Positions 1 to 11,386 of a stretch of 64,000 nucleotides of DNA are shown piece by piece. The notes below the pieces were generated by a model. It ran no database searches and was not told the DNA's origin. It saw nothing but the letters and a program-made list of their open reading frames with translations. The stretch covers positions 2,480,001-2,544,000 of the forward strand of contig NC_043000.1 in the NCBI RefSeq assembly GCF_006345805.1, read 5' to 3'. How positions within the stretch are numbered: the stretch's first letter is position 1; each line of letters begins with the position of its first letter. This DNA is from Octopus sinensis. Taxonomy: Eukaryota. The translations under genes and the position numbers were made by a program.

Positions 1-305
1 CAGTGCTCAGGTGCACTACAACTCATCTAAAGTGTATATATAATCAGGTGTAGTTTCGGCGGATTTCGGAAAGCATGAGGGCCTTAAAGGATGCAGTGTC
101 ATGGCAGTCAACAACTGATGCAGGCAGTTTATTCCATGCTTCAGCAACTCTGAGCGTGAAAAAATGTTTCCGAAAGTCATGGGAGCTGTGTTGTTTTCTG
201 ACTTTGTAGGCATGTCCACGTGTGTTAGACACATGGAGATCAAAAAGGTGTTCAGTGTTGTTGTTGGTGAGGTGGTTGATAACTTTGTGGGTGTTTACCA
301 AGTCC
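1..305 (-). mobile_element. CR1-clade LINE, 5'-truncated 3' fragment (ORF2 C-terminus); continues beyond window start
   Basis: Translation ...NTRGHAYKVRKQHSSHDFRKHFFTLRVAEAWNKLPASVV...FK matches the CR1 C-terminal TRGH...FF..RV...WN.LP motif; near-identical to 46503-46811 and 49033-49428. Confidence 0.9.
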
Positions 306-449
306 GACTGGGGAAATGTAAAGATGTGCACGACCACCCTTGGACAGTTTTGAATGACCATAGAAAGTGTGAGCCCTCTAACTGAAAAATTGTGGATCTG
401 TATAAAGGACACACAGACAGACATTTTGCCGTTTATATATATAGAGAGA
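306..449 (-). mobile_element. Probable Helitron 5' end fragment
   Basis: Minus strand starts A|TCTCTCTATATATATAAACGGCAAAATGTCTGTCTGTGTGT, the same style as the Helitron start at 1403; 3' end not in window. Confidence 0.5.
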
Positions 450-739
450 TTATTCTTATTTAATTCACTTAATTAATTCAGTTGTTAAAATTAACTTGAT
501 TGGTTTTATTACTCTTTACTTGTTTCAGTCATTTGACTGCGGCCATGCTGGAACACCGCCTTTAATCGAGCAACTTGACCCCGGGACTTATTCTTTTGTA
601 AGCCCAGTACTTATTCTATCGGTCTCTTTTGCCGAACTGCTAAGTAACGGGGACATAAACACACCAGCATCGGTTGTCAAGCAATGCTAGGGGGACAAAC
701 ACAGACACACAAACACACACATACATATATATATATATT

Positions 740-1003
740 AAGTGTAGGAAGAAATGGAGCTGAACGAAGATTTAACAAAATTCCTTTTTATTATTTTCTA
801 CATATGTTTCAAAGGCTGCAAAGTCCCTAATTCGGATTGAATAAGGAGACCATTTTGCAGCCTTCTCTTCAGGAAAATCCAGGAACTTAATTCTCCAACA
901 AGATGCACAGCAAGCTTTTCGACAAACGCTCACGAGGAGCCCAGGTATCGGTTATCATTTGAATAATCCGTAACAAGATAATTCATTTATCCATTTCAAT
1001 AAT

Positions 1004-1004
<1 letters not shown>
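740..1004 (-). mobile_element. Penelope-like pseudo-LTR / retrozyme-like fragment inserted in the SINE microsatellite
   Basis: About 265 bp non-SINE segment flanked by (TA)n and carrying a complete hammerhead motif; PLE assignment is inference. Confidence 0.65.
793..878 (-). ncRNA. Type I hammerhead ribozyme motif
   Basis: AUUUUC / CUGAAGA / 12-bp stem II (GAAGGCUGCAAA...UUUGCAGCCUUU) / GAAA / CAUAUG / UA / GAAAAU; palindrome ACAUAUGU; predicted cut between 799 and 798. Confidence 0.85.
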
Positions 1005-1037
<33 letters not shown>

Positions 1038-1402
1038 ATTATATATATATACATATAAATAAACGACGGGCTTCTTTCAGTTTCCGTCTACCAAATCCAC
1101 TCACAAGGCTTTGGTCAGCCCGGGGCTATGGTAGAAGACACTTGCCCAAGGTGCCACGCAGTGGGACTGAACCCGGAATCATGTGGTTGGTTAGCAAGCT
1201 ACTTACCACACAGCCACTCCTGCGCCTATATATAGAGATTAGTCTTACTTAATTCACTTACTTAATTCAGTTGTTAAAATTAACTTAATTGGCTTTATTA
1301 CTAAACTACATCCTTACCACCTGCAATTAATTGCATCTGTATACATTGACATTGAAATGATCAACATCATTTGCAGCACTGCATTATAGCCTTCAAAACA
1401 CA

Positions 1403-1903
1403 TCTTTATATATAAAAGTGAAGTTGTGTGTCTGTCTAATCCGATTTAGATTCCTAACTACTCCCACACTACTCCCGGTGCAGTTTAACCAAAACCGGGT
1501 ATCTTATAGTCGTGATTCATATCGAGCCCTTCTGGGTATTAGTGCGTGTCTACGATGAGTCTACGATTTTAAAAATAATTTACCATCATTTTTTTCCATT
1601 TTAATGCATTTTTTCGCTATTATATAAGGGAAGTAACTCTCTAAAAATGTCTACAATGAGTCTACGATTTAAAAAAAAATTTACCATCATTTTTTTCCAT
1701 TTTAATGCATTTTTTTCGCTATTATATAAGGGAAGTAACTCTCTAAAAATGTCTACAATGAGTCAATGATTTAAAAAAAAATTTACCATCATTTTTTTTC
1801 CATTTTTAATGCATTTTTTGCTATTTTTTTACTATAACTCTCTAAAAATGCTTATATACTTATTTCCCTTACAAACCCGAGCAACGCCGGGCGATACTGC
1901 TAG
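1403..1903 (+). mobile_element. Non-autonomous Helitron with about 3 internal 101-102 bp tandem units
   Basis: A|TC start, 3' hairpin CCCGAGCAACGCCGGG (1876-1891), CTAG|T end; repeat units begin at 1550, 1651 and 1753. Confidence 0.85.
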
Positions 1904-2485
1904 TTCTTAATACATGCAAACTCCTGGTATTAATTGAAATGCATCATTCTTTTACGTATAGCCAAACTGTAGTTATCGTTGTCATGGTTGTTTTAATATC
2001 CATCTTCCAAGTGATCACATTTTAAAATTATAACATTTTCCAAGCTGTCATAGTTTGCCTGGGTTTGCAGTTCACGTATTTCTGCATGTCTTGACCCTTT
2101 GACATCATGTGTGGGAGAAGCCCTGCTTCTTGAGAACTGATTTCATATTTCTTCCTTTATCTCTCTCTCTTCAATGGACACCTTCCTCTGTCAGTACACA
2201 TACTTGTGAGCACAGACACACACAGACACAAGTGCACATATCAACATACACGCACACATTTTTTTTATATTTGGTTATTAGCTTTACAGTTAAACTGTTT
2301 CAACTGATCCTATTCACAAATAGCTGGAGGTTATTCAGTATTTCTTCTCAAAATAATGAACACTTCATTCTGTATACGTAAGGCTCCATCTTGTGAGCAT
2401 ATACAGGAATGTTGAATGTGTGTGTACATATGCATGTGTGTAACTATGTGTGTGTGCATATATATGTATGTATATATATATATAT

Positions 2486-2986
2486 ATTATATAATTAGGG
2501 CTTAGTAAAATAAATTACTTTGCCACATACTGAACTTTCTAGAAATAGCAGCCAAAAAAGTTTTTTAGCCATTTCCACTACTTAAAGAAAATTTCTCTCA
2601 GATAATGTTTACTCAAAAGCCAGTACTAACAAATAAATTTGTTAGTACTGGCAGTCTGAACGGGTCATCTGAGGTGATAAGTCGCCAAAGGGTATGTTCT
2701 TTCTTTTTAGTGCTTCCAAATCCAAAATAAGAAATGTTGAGCTGACGAAAGAAATGCTGAGTTTATTTGGCTAATCTAGAAACGTTAACGTTCTCAAATA
2801 ATCTTTGTACTTGTGATATTTTTCTGTTTTTACCTCCATACCTTCGTGAGTTATTTTGAGTAAACATTATCTGAGAGAAATTTTCTTTAAATAGTGGAAA
2901 TGGCTAAAAAACTTTTTTGGCTGCTATTTCTAGAAAGTTCAGTATGTGGCAAAGTAATTTATTTTACTAAGCCCTAATTATATAAT
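2486..2986 (+). mobile_element. Inverted-repeat element (133-bp arms) with internal hammerhead; Penelope-like pseudo-LTR
   Basis: Arms 2486-2618 and 2854-2986 (1 mismatch seen), 34-bp palindrome 2619-2652, hammerhead 2737-2797. Confidence 0.7.
2737..2797 (+). ncRNA. Type I hammerhead ribozyme motif
   Basis: UUGAG / CUGACGA / stem II (A.A then AGA-UCU) / GAAA / CGUUAACG / UU / CUCAA; palindrome ACGUUAACGU. Confidence 0.75.
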
Positions 2987-3074
2987 GTAATAATTTGAAT
3001 TCGCCTTAAATGGTCCTTTTACATACTGAATACTTGGTGAAATTGATTAATAACTAATTAATTTTACCCTCAAT

Positions 3075-3079
3075 TGTTG

Positions 3080-3123
<44 letters not shown>

Positions 3124-3265
3124 GTATGTATATATATATATATATAATATATATATACATATATAATATATATACACATATACATATGTATATATATATA
3201 CACACATACATATATATATACACAAATATATGCACATAATGCATATATATATGTACAATACAATA
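3075..3265. repeat. (TA)n/(TG)n compound microsatellite
   Basis: Direct inspection; representative of many such tracts (e.g. 13820-14860, 17170-17500, 29990-30230, 35560-36220, 41390-41910, 48260-48555). Confidence 0.95.
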
Positions 3266-3360
3266 TCCCTGCATATCTCACATCTATTTTCATCCCTCCA
3301 CCTCACTCTCTGTTTCGTATCTTATCTAAATTAACTATTGCTTAACCATCTTCTCACACC

Positions 3361-3408
3361 ATCTCCGATGAAGGGATATAAGAAATATCCTAGAAACAGC
3401 TGTAAGGC
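3361..3408 (+). pseudogene. Decayed hammerhead motif (U4C, weak stem I)
   Basis: AUCU / CCGAUGA / AGGGAUAU...AUAUCCUA / GAAA / CAGCUG / UA / AGGC. Confidence 0.55.
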
Positions 3409-3731
3409 CTATTTATAAACGTTCCAAAATCTACACAGCCTTGGATTTTTATCTTATTACGAAAAATTTTTTTTATATATTATATAGACACACAGATAAG
3501 AAAAGAAATGGAGCAACAGTTAACAATTAGAAGTTGATCATTGGAATTAAATGGCCATAGTTTAATTGTAGTTAAAATAACATTTGCTGCTGTAAATTAA
3601 ACCATGGCTTACCCTTTAAATTACCAACTACTGTTAGCCTTATAGCAAGGCCTATACATAGTGAGGTAATACACCAGTAGTGCCTATGGATCCATTTATT
3701 CTTTAGATGGTTGCATAACCTCTAACTCATT

Positions 3732-3770
<39 letters not shown>

Positions 3771-3817
3771 AAAGAAATGTAGGAGTTACAGAAAGTTTGT
3801 ATAATAAAATTTATGCA

Positions 3818-4130
3818 AACCCCTTGATTATTATGTCTGGGTGCAGTTGAGTGAGAGATCAACAAAACTCCTTATAACACCAAAGATGAACTGAAGGCAA
3901 AGATTATGGCTGCATTCACTAGCTTAAACAAGGAGACCATCCAGAAGAGTTTCAGAAGATTCTGAAGTCATCTGGAGGTCGTAGTTGAAGCCAATGGCGA
4001 TTTTATTGAATAAATTTACTCTTTAGTATTTCAAGATATTTTTATGTAATTTTGGTAAATATGTCTGTTAAAATGTGATGTCAGTGTTATTTTTATTTGG
4101 GGGTAATTTAGGCGACAATATATTCACGGG
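3818..4130 (+). mobile_element. Tc1/mariner (maT/DD37D-like) transposase C-terminal remnant
   Basis: NPLDYYVWGAVE*EINKTPYNTKDELKAKIMAAF...RRF*SHLEVVVEANGDFIE* with internal stops. Confidence 0.75.
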
Positions 4131-4617
4131 TACATGTCAATTAGTGTGTTGATGTGTTAAGTAAAGCACTAGCATGGGTAGTGTTACCTGGTTGGTGTTG
4201 TGCTACCACAGTTGGCATATATCTCTGTTGGATTTACTTCAAGATTTTTAGTGAGACACCACTTTGTGTGTGAATGTACCTGATGTAACTCAGACTGCAA
4301 AACTGATGAAACACAATATGGTGCACAGCATCCCACCCATAAAGGACAGTCACAGGATAGGTCAAAACAATCATTCTATGCAATATAGACTAATACCAAA
4401 TCCATCTTCTGTTTCCATTATTTTCAATTATTTTATATATATTTTACATATATATATATATATATATATATTAATGTTTTTTGTGTTCAGTTATAACAAA
4501 AACAATTTCACATTAACCTGAAGTGTTACCTTTGTAGAATACAAAATATTATTTTTCCCTGTGTCCTTATATACATATACGAAGGGGAGACAAACACCCC
4601 CGGCTGCCGAAGCTGCA

Positions 4618-4662
4618 TCTAGGGACATGTGTTTCAGGATCGTTGTCCTTCATCAGCCTAGA
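4618..4662 (-). ncRNA. Type I hammerhead motif (stem III palindrome broken by one CpG transition)
   Basis: UCUAGG / CUGAUGA / AGGA-caacga-UCCU / GAAA / CACAUG / UC / CCUAGA. Confidence 0.75.
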
Positions 4663-4909
4663 GTAGCAGACACCGGTCAGCTGGTGATATTTGTCTCGAC
4701 TTCGTAATTGTATATATCCATAACTCAGTGAAGTCTATTCACTGATTATCAAAATAAGAAATATTGAATTTCTAAATCTCTCGTAGAGACATGTACAGTG
4801 GTGCGGCGATAGAATGGTTGTATACTGTCAATCTAACAAGAATGTGACAGTAGGGGGTACACCACCGCTGTATAGCCCTAGGAAGCATCGAACGCCTCCT
4901 GATGGCTAC

Positions 4910-4954
4910 TCTAGGCTGATGAAGGACAACGATCCTGAAACACGTGTCCCTAGA
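4910..4954 (+). ncRNA. Minimal type I hammerhead ribozyme motif
   Basis: UCUAGG / CUGAUGA / AGGA-caacga-UCCU / GAAA / CACGUG / UC / CCUAGA; palindrome ACACGUGU; predicted cut after 4948. Confidence 0.9.
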
Positions 4955-5344
4955 TGCAGCTTCGGCAGCCGGGGGTGTTTGTCTCCCCTTCGTGAATGTA
5001 TATAAGGACACAGGGAAAAATGTGTGAAAGCCATCAGGAGGCGTTCGATGCTTCCTAGGGCTATACAGCGGTGGTGTACCCCCTACTGTCACGTTCTTGT
5101 TAGATTGACAGTATACAACCATTCTATCGCCCCACCACCATACATGTCTCTACGAGAGATTTAGAAATTCAATATTTCTTATTATTATAAAATATTATTG
5201 TATTTCGTTTTTGAAAAGGTTGCAAGACACAACGAAAATTCTAGGAAAATAAAAATAAGAAATAAGTGGAAATTTTACCGGTGAGTGTGTTACATTATGA
5301 GGCACAAAAAGAAAATGACTCTCCCCAGACAACGAATTATTATT

Positions 5345-5391
5345 GACAGTGAGTTTAAAGTTTTGACCAGCTAAACCATCGTCAGACTGTC
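5345..5391 (-). pseudogene. Decayed hammerhead motif
   Basis: 6-bp stem I GACAGU/ACUGUC and CUGACGA retained; GAAA changed to UAAA and stem III shortened. Confidence 0.5.
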
Positions 5392-5522
5392 GATAATATT
5401 CTTGTTTAAGCATACGTATGTATGTATATATGTATGTATGTGTATATCATCATCATCATCATATATGTGTATATATATGACAGCATGGAAAACGGATGTT
5501 AAAGGATGATGATGATGATATG

Positions 5523-5553
<31 letters not shown>

Positions 5554-6007
5554 CTGTGTCTATGTATATATATATATATATATATATGCATGCATACACA
5601 CACAATGCACTCACACTCACTTCAGTAGCCTTTCCATTGGATAAGCATTGGTGCATGCATGCATGTATTCTATTCCAGTGACCAATCCTGTTTTTCAGGT
5701 GTAACTGTCTCCTTATCAAGACATACATACACCCACATTTACACCTCCCTACATACATACATACATGTATATATTGAACTATAGCTGCACACATGCACAT
5801 GTGTGTGTGTGTGTGTGTATAATAGTTGCAGTCATGGCTGTGTGGTTAGGAAGTTTGCTTCCCAACCATATGATTTTGGGTTCAGTCCCACTGTGTAGCA
5901 TCTAGGGCAGCAATCTTCAACTATAGTCCCAGGTTGCCCAAATCCTTGTGAGTGGATTCAGTAGAAGGAAACTTGTGTGTGTGTGTTTGTATGTATACTC
6001 TTTTCTC

Positions 6008-6395
6008 TTTACTCTTTTACTTGTTTCAGTCATTTGACTGCGGCCATGCTGGAGCACCGCCTTTAGTCGAGGAGATCGACCCCGGGACTTATTCTTTGTA
6101 AGCCCAGTACTTATTCTATCGGTCTCTTTTGCCGAACCGCTAAGTGACGGGGACGTAAACACACCAGCATCAGACACACAAAGACACACAAACACACACA
6201 CGCATACATATATATATATATACATATATACGACAGGCTTCTTTCAGTTTCCGTCTACCAAATCCACTCACAAGGCATTGTTCGGCCCGAGGCTATAGCA
6301 GAAGACACTTGCCCAAGATGCCACGCAGTGGGACTGAACCTGGAACCATGTGGTTGGTAAGCAAGCTACTTACCACACAGCCACTCCTGTGCCTA
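6008..6395 (-). mobile_element. SINE family A copy
   Basis: High identity to 511-1228 and 15360-15778. Confidence 0.85.
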
Positions 6396-6559
6396 TTGTA
6401 GATATATCAATATGTAGATATATCAATACATATGTACGCATATATGTGTGAGGGTGTGTATGCTTGCATCTCCTTGTCTTGACACCACATGATAGACATA
6501 AATGAGTGTTACCGTCATACAGTCAGTGTAATTCATTTCCAGATTTCCAGTATGCTTGG

Positions 6560-7080
6560 AAACAGGTGAGGGTTAGCTACAGGAAGGGCATCCAGTCATT
6601 GAAAAACTGTCCCAATCAACTCCTGCAAGCATGTGAAAGTGGATGCTAAAACAATGATGTGGTGATGATGATGATGATGATCATCATCATCATCGTTTAA
6701 TGTCTTTCTCCCATGCTGGCATGGTTGGGACAGTTTGACAGGAGCCGGCCAGACAGAAGCCTGCACCTGACTTCTGTGACTATTTTGGTAGAATTTTTGC
6801 AGCTGGATGCCCTTCCTAACACCAACCATTCAGCAGAGTGAACTTAATGCTTTTTATATGGCACAAGCACAGGCGAAGTCAGTTTTGGCAAGGCTTTTAT
6901 CACTGGATGCTCTTCAAAATGTGGACTAGATGCTTTTTAAGTGGCACCTGCTCTAACAGGATCACCAAGTAGCTTGCAAGATAAAAATCTTTTGAGAGGG
7001 GGGGGGGGCATTGGAGGAGGTGATTTTGTGTCAGAGAGACAGAAACAGGTGTCTTGCTGTAGAGGAGGTACAAGGTTTAT
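6560..7080. mobile_element. Two RTE-type 3' ends, tail-to-tail, sharing a (GAT/CAT)n tract
   Basis: GGAAGGGCATCCAG...(GAT)n on + followed by the reverse complement of the same 3' end. Confidence 0.7.
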
Positions 7081-7099
7081 ATATATATATGTATGAAAG

Positions 7100-7142
<43 letters not shown>

Positions 7143-7202
7143 CATTCATGTATTTGTGTTGCAAGACTCCTGATAGGAAATTGTGTGTTGAAACAGATAT
7201 TG

Positions 7203-7503
7203 TTGTATTTTGAGATGGTCTTTTTTGTTTTTTGGCCAAATAAACCAATGTACTATATATTTGTTCTTCACTTGTTTATTACTGTTCTTATTCTAACTCA
7301 TGTCGATTGTCTGAACAGAGTAAATGGAGCAAGAGTACACACGAAGACTAAAAGTGTCACTGAAGAGGTCACAGATGTGTGATAAAAGATTTCTGGACAA
7401 TGGACATGAGTTAGAATAAGAAGAGTAATAAACAAGTGAAGAACAAATATATAGTACATGTGTTTATTTGGCCAACAAAAAAAAAGACCATCTCAAAATA
7501 CAA
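7203..7503. mobile_element. About 100-bp inverted repeat with decayed hammerhead core in the spacer
   Basis: Arms 7203-7304 and 7403-7503; CUGAAGA at 7360-7366 then GUCACA-gaug-UGUGAU, but AAAA instead of GAAA. Confidence 0.6.
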
Positions 7504-8326
7504 TATATATACGTCTTTTTAAAACTTTTATTTGTTTCAGTCATTAGACTGTGGCCATGTGAGGGTACTGTCTTGAAGAATGTTTGGTCAAATGGATTGA
7601 CCTCAGGGTTTATTTTTTTAAACCTGGTACCGATTTCATTGGATTCTTTTGCCAAACTGCTAAGTTACAGTGATGTAAGCACACCAGTACCTATTGTCAA
7701 GAGGTAGTAGGGGCCAAACACAGACACAATCTCTCTCACACACACACACGCACATATGCACGATAGACTTCTTTCAGTTTCCATCAACCAAATCCACTCA
7801 CAAAGTTTTAGTTGACCCGAAGCAGTAGTAGAAGATACTTGCCCAAAGTGCCACACAGTGGGACTGAACCCAGAACCATATGGTTGGGAAGCAAGCTTTT
7901 TATCATACAGACATACCTACACCTATTATCATCATCATTAGTATCGTTTAACGTCTGCTTTCGATGCTGGCATGTGTAGGATGGTTTGACAGGAGCTGGC
8001 CAGGCAGAAACTGCATTAGGCTTCTGTGTCTGTTTTGGTATGGTTTCAATGTGGATTTTTTTAAATATGCTAAGCCACTGGTTTTAATTGATTAATATCA
8101 ATTTCTACCCTTATTATTTAATTTTAAATAAAAGAAAAAAATTTTCTCTAACCAGTAAATTGGCTGCTGAAATTTATTAACTGCTGAGTAATTTCCGGCC
8201 TCAGCACGCCAAAGTGAAGACATTTGAAAACTATACCCAAATATAATATGTAGAACTTTATACATACTTGATTTCTGTTGAGTGTTCTGTATCTAGTTCT
8301 GGAAATTGTGTTTTGTAAGTGACAAA

Positions 8327-8400
8327 CTATGCTGATGATCTTGCAGATATCTGTGTGTTTGGATATGTAGATATTAACAAGTGAAACCATTGGTATATAG
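8327..8400 (+). ncRNA. Type I hammerhead ribozyme motif
   Basis: CUAUG / CUGAUGA / U.U + CUUG...CAAG stem II / GAAA / CCAUUGG / UA / UAUAG; near-palindrome ACCAuUGGU. Confidence 0.7.
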
Positions 8401-8643
8401 GTAATCATTTTTTATTTTGTATCTTTTCATTTGTCTTGCTCATTTTTACATTTTGGCGCTTCTTCGTGTGCTATTCTTCATGATAATGGCGATTTGATGT
8501 CTATGTTTAGCATATAAGGTGTCCACTTCAGTGGTCATTCCTCTTAATTTTGTATATTTATATATGTATAGTTTTGGCACACACACACAGAGAGGCATGT
8601 TCCCACTGTTATCTTGGGATATCCTATTGTTCTGATATTATGC

Positions 8644-8727
8644 TTCATCTGATGATTATGGTTTTTTGAAGTGATGTAATGTTCTCATTCTTCTATTCAA
8701 AAATGCATACGAAACAGCTGTAATGAG
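8644..8727 (+). ncRNA. Type I hammerhead ribozyme motif (same family as 11387-11466)
   Basis: UUCAU / CUGAUGA / long interrupted stem II / GAAA / CAGCUG / UA / AUGAG; palindrome ACAGCUGU. Confidence 0.75.
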
Positions 8728-10555
8728 CTGACATTTATCCATCGTCTGGTGTTATTAGTTTGCTTATACACACACACACACATACAAGAGGCTTCCTACA
8801 GTTTCCATTAACTAAATTCATTCACAAGACACAGGTGAATCCTGAGTGGTAGTAGAAGACATTTGCCCATGATTCTGTGTTGTGGGACTGAACTCACAAT
8901 CATGAGGCTGTGAAGCAAACTTCTCAACCACACAGCCATGATTGCTGTTGATGATGATGATGATGATGATGATGTATGTACATAGGCGTGAATGGGTGTA
9001 GACAGTGTGTTGTCTATAAGTAACTGCATATAAATCTATATACACATATAGAAGTGTATTAGTTTTCTCTCTTTGTGCATTTATCTCTCTGTCAGTCTAT
9101 CTACTGCTCTACCTCCACCTTCTCTTTTTGTCTCTCTCTCCCTGTATTCCTATTTAGGCAGATAGATACACATATATAAATTGATCAATTCATCGATTGA
9201 TTGATTGATTGATTGATCGATTGATCTAACCATCTATCTCATTTATGCCAATATATATTCCATGTATACATACATGCATGTGTATATTTCACTTGTACGA
9301 TCACATGACAGAAGCACTTGTGTCAATACACACTTACACATACACAAACCCACCCACATACATACATATATAACTATATACATATATATTTATATATATA
9401 CACACATGTATATAAATGCATGCATATAAGTGCATCAATGTCTGTGAATGTATATCTCTTATACTATTACATAACATAAACATATGTTAACACTCATGTG
9501 CAAATATGTGCTTACCTATGTATAAATATCTACACGCATATACCTCGGTATTTCTTTGTATATGCATATGTGAGCAACTACATAGTAGAAAGTATAACAA
9601 CCACATAGTAGAGAGAGACATATATTAATATATACATATAGTTACATGTATATAGACATACGTAATTGTATGAACACAAGTACATCAATATAAGTGTGAA
9701 TAAATGTTGACAATTTCACAACATAAATACATACATATTAACACATGTGACTAGTTATACATGCCTATATGTGCATGTTGCTCACATGCACACCAATGTA
9801 CATAGATATATGTATGTGCGTTTACATGTTCCCATGCAGCCATTCTGACAACACAAGCAAGACAAGCTCTCTCATTAAGTCGTTGCTGAACAAACTGCAT
9901 CTATCAATTTGACAACAATTTTCTCAAGAATATTCTTATTCCATCAATGGTAAATAAAGCATTGGTGATAATCTCTGTCGATCCGTTCTGATATTGATTA
10001 TTACTTGTGAAATTTTGGTGACACAGCTTTCGTTCGCTTCTCTGCTGTTAGCTTGTATTCTTTAAATTTACACATGTAGTAACTCAACTTTCATCTGTCT
10101 CTCTGTAGTTAGCTTATATTCTTTAAGTCTACATGTGTATTAACATAGTAATCACATGTGCTGTTTAGACTGCAAGGATATTATGTCTTAAAATTTAAAC
10201 ATATAATGTTGTTAGAATGACTCGAAGGAATATTAACTTGCTTGGAAACAAGGTGAGGATTGGCAACAGGAAGAACATCCAACTATAGAAAAGAAAGAAA
10301 GTTTGTCTTAATAAAATTGGATTTACCCAAAAAGAGCATTGGAAAGTGGATGCCAGGATGACAACAACAATAACGAACATTAAGACACTGATGGACTCAA
10401 CAGAATACATCTTAATTCATTTTCATAAAACGCAACTCACAAAAGGACTCAACACAAATTTACAAGCAGGTATGAAAATTTATGACTGTGTTGAATCTGT
10501 GAATAAGGAATGGTACAAGAAGAAAAATTGGACACAATATATTAATTACTCTTAG

Positions 10556-10588
<33 letters not shown>

Positions 10589-11319
10589 TATACAAGCATA
10601 TGTATGATTATATACATCATCATTTCAATTTTCCCATTTTTTTTCCCATATAACAAAGCTACCTTCTACATCAATCACACAAGTGTATGGAGTGTCTTAA
10701 GATATATATATATCTTCTTTAAATCTTAGCATGTAGAGACATAGTCTTCAAATATATTATTTAGATAACAAAAATATAATGCCTTATAGTCTTCACATGT
10801 GATATTTGCACAGCAAGAATGTCATAAAATTTGTACATATATAACAAAGCTACATTCTACATACAGTTACACATATGTATGGAATGTCTTAAGAACTACA
10901 CATGTTCTTCAAATTTAGACATGTGGTAACATAGTCTTCACATGTGTTGTTTACGCAGCAGGAATATTATGTGCACACATATTGTTGACACAGCTATATA
11001 GAATATCTTCTAATCTACATACATGGTGACACTGCTTCGATAAGTATTGTTAACAGAGTTAGATGAAATGTCTTTAGATCTACACAGGACTCCTCCTCCT
11101 CCTCCTCCCCATCATCATCCATTCTCTTCCTCCTCCTTTGTTTTCTCATATTGCGAAGCAGATTTTCTATAGCTGGATGTTCTTCCTGTTGCCAACCCTC
11201 ATCCATTTTTCAAGTAACGCTTTTTTTTTTTATTCCACTGCTCTTTGCACATCAAAACAGATGAAGCCACTGAACTATGAGACTAGTTTACCGGAGAATT
11301 TAAATAACATCACTGTTCT

Positions 11320-11350
<31 letters not shown>

Positions 11351-11386
11351 GCAAATGAATAACAACAGATGATGGATAAATGTCAG

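Larger units (their letters stand above)
511..1228 (-). mobile_element. tRNA-derived SINE family A (internal TA microsatellite), split by a hammerhead-bearing insertion
   Basis: Head GCAGGAGTGGCTGTGTGGTAAG...GGTTCAGTCCC (A/B-box-like), CORE-like CCTTGGGCAAGTGTCTT, tail GAAACAAGTAAAGAG; about 20 related copies in window. Confidence 0.85.
4552..5182. mobile_element. Rearranged Penelope-like pseudo-LTR cluster: B(-), spacer, A+B(+), A(-)
   Basis: 4552-4668 is the reverse complement of about 4904-5020; 5028-5182 is the reverse complement of about 4755-4906. Confidence 0.75.
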
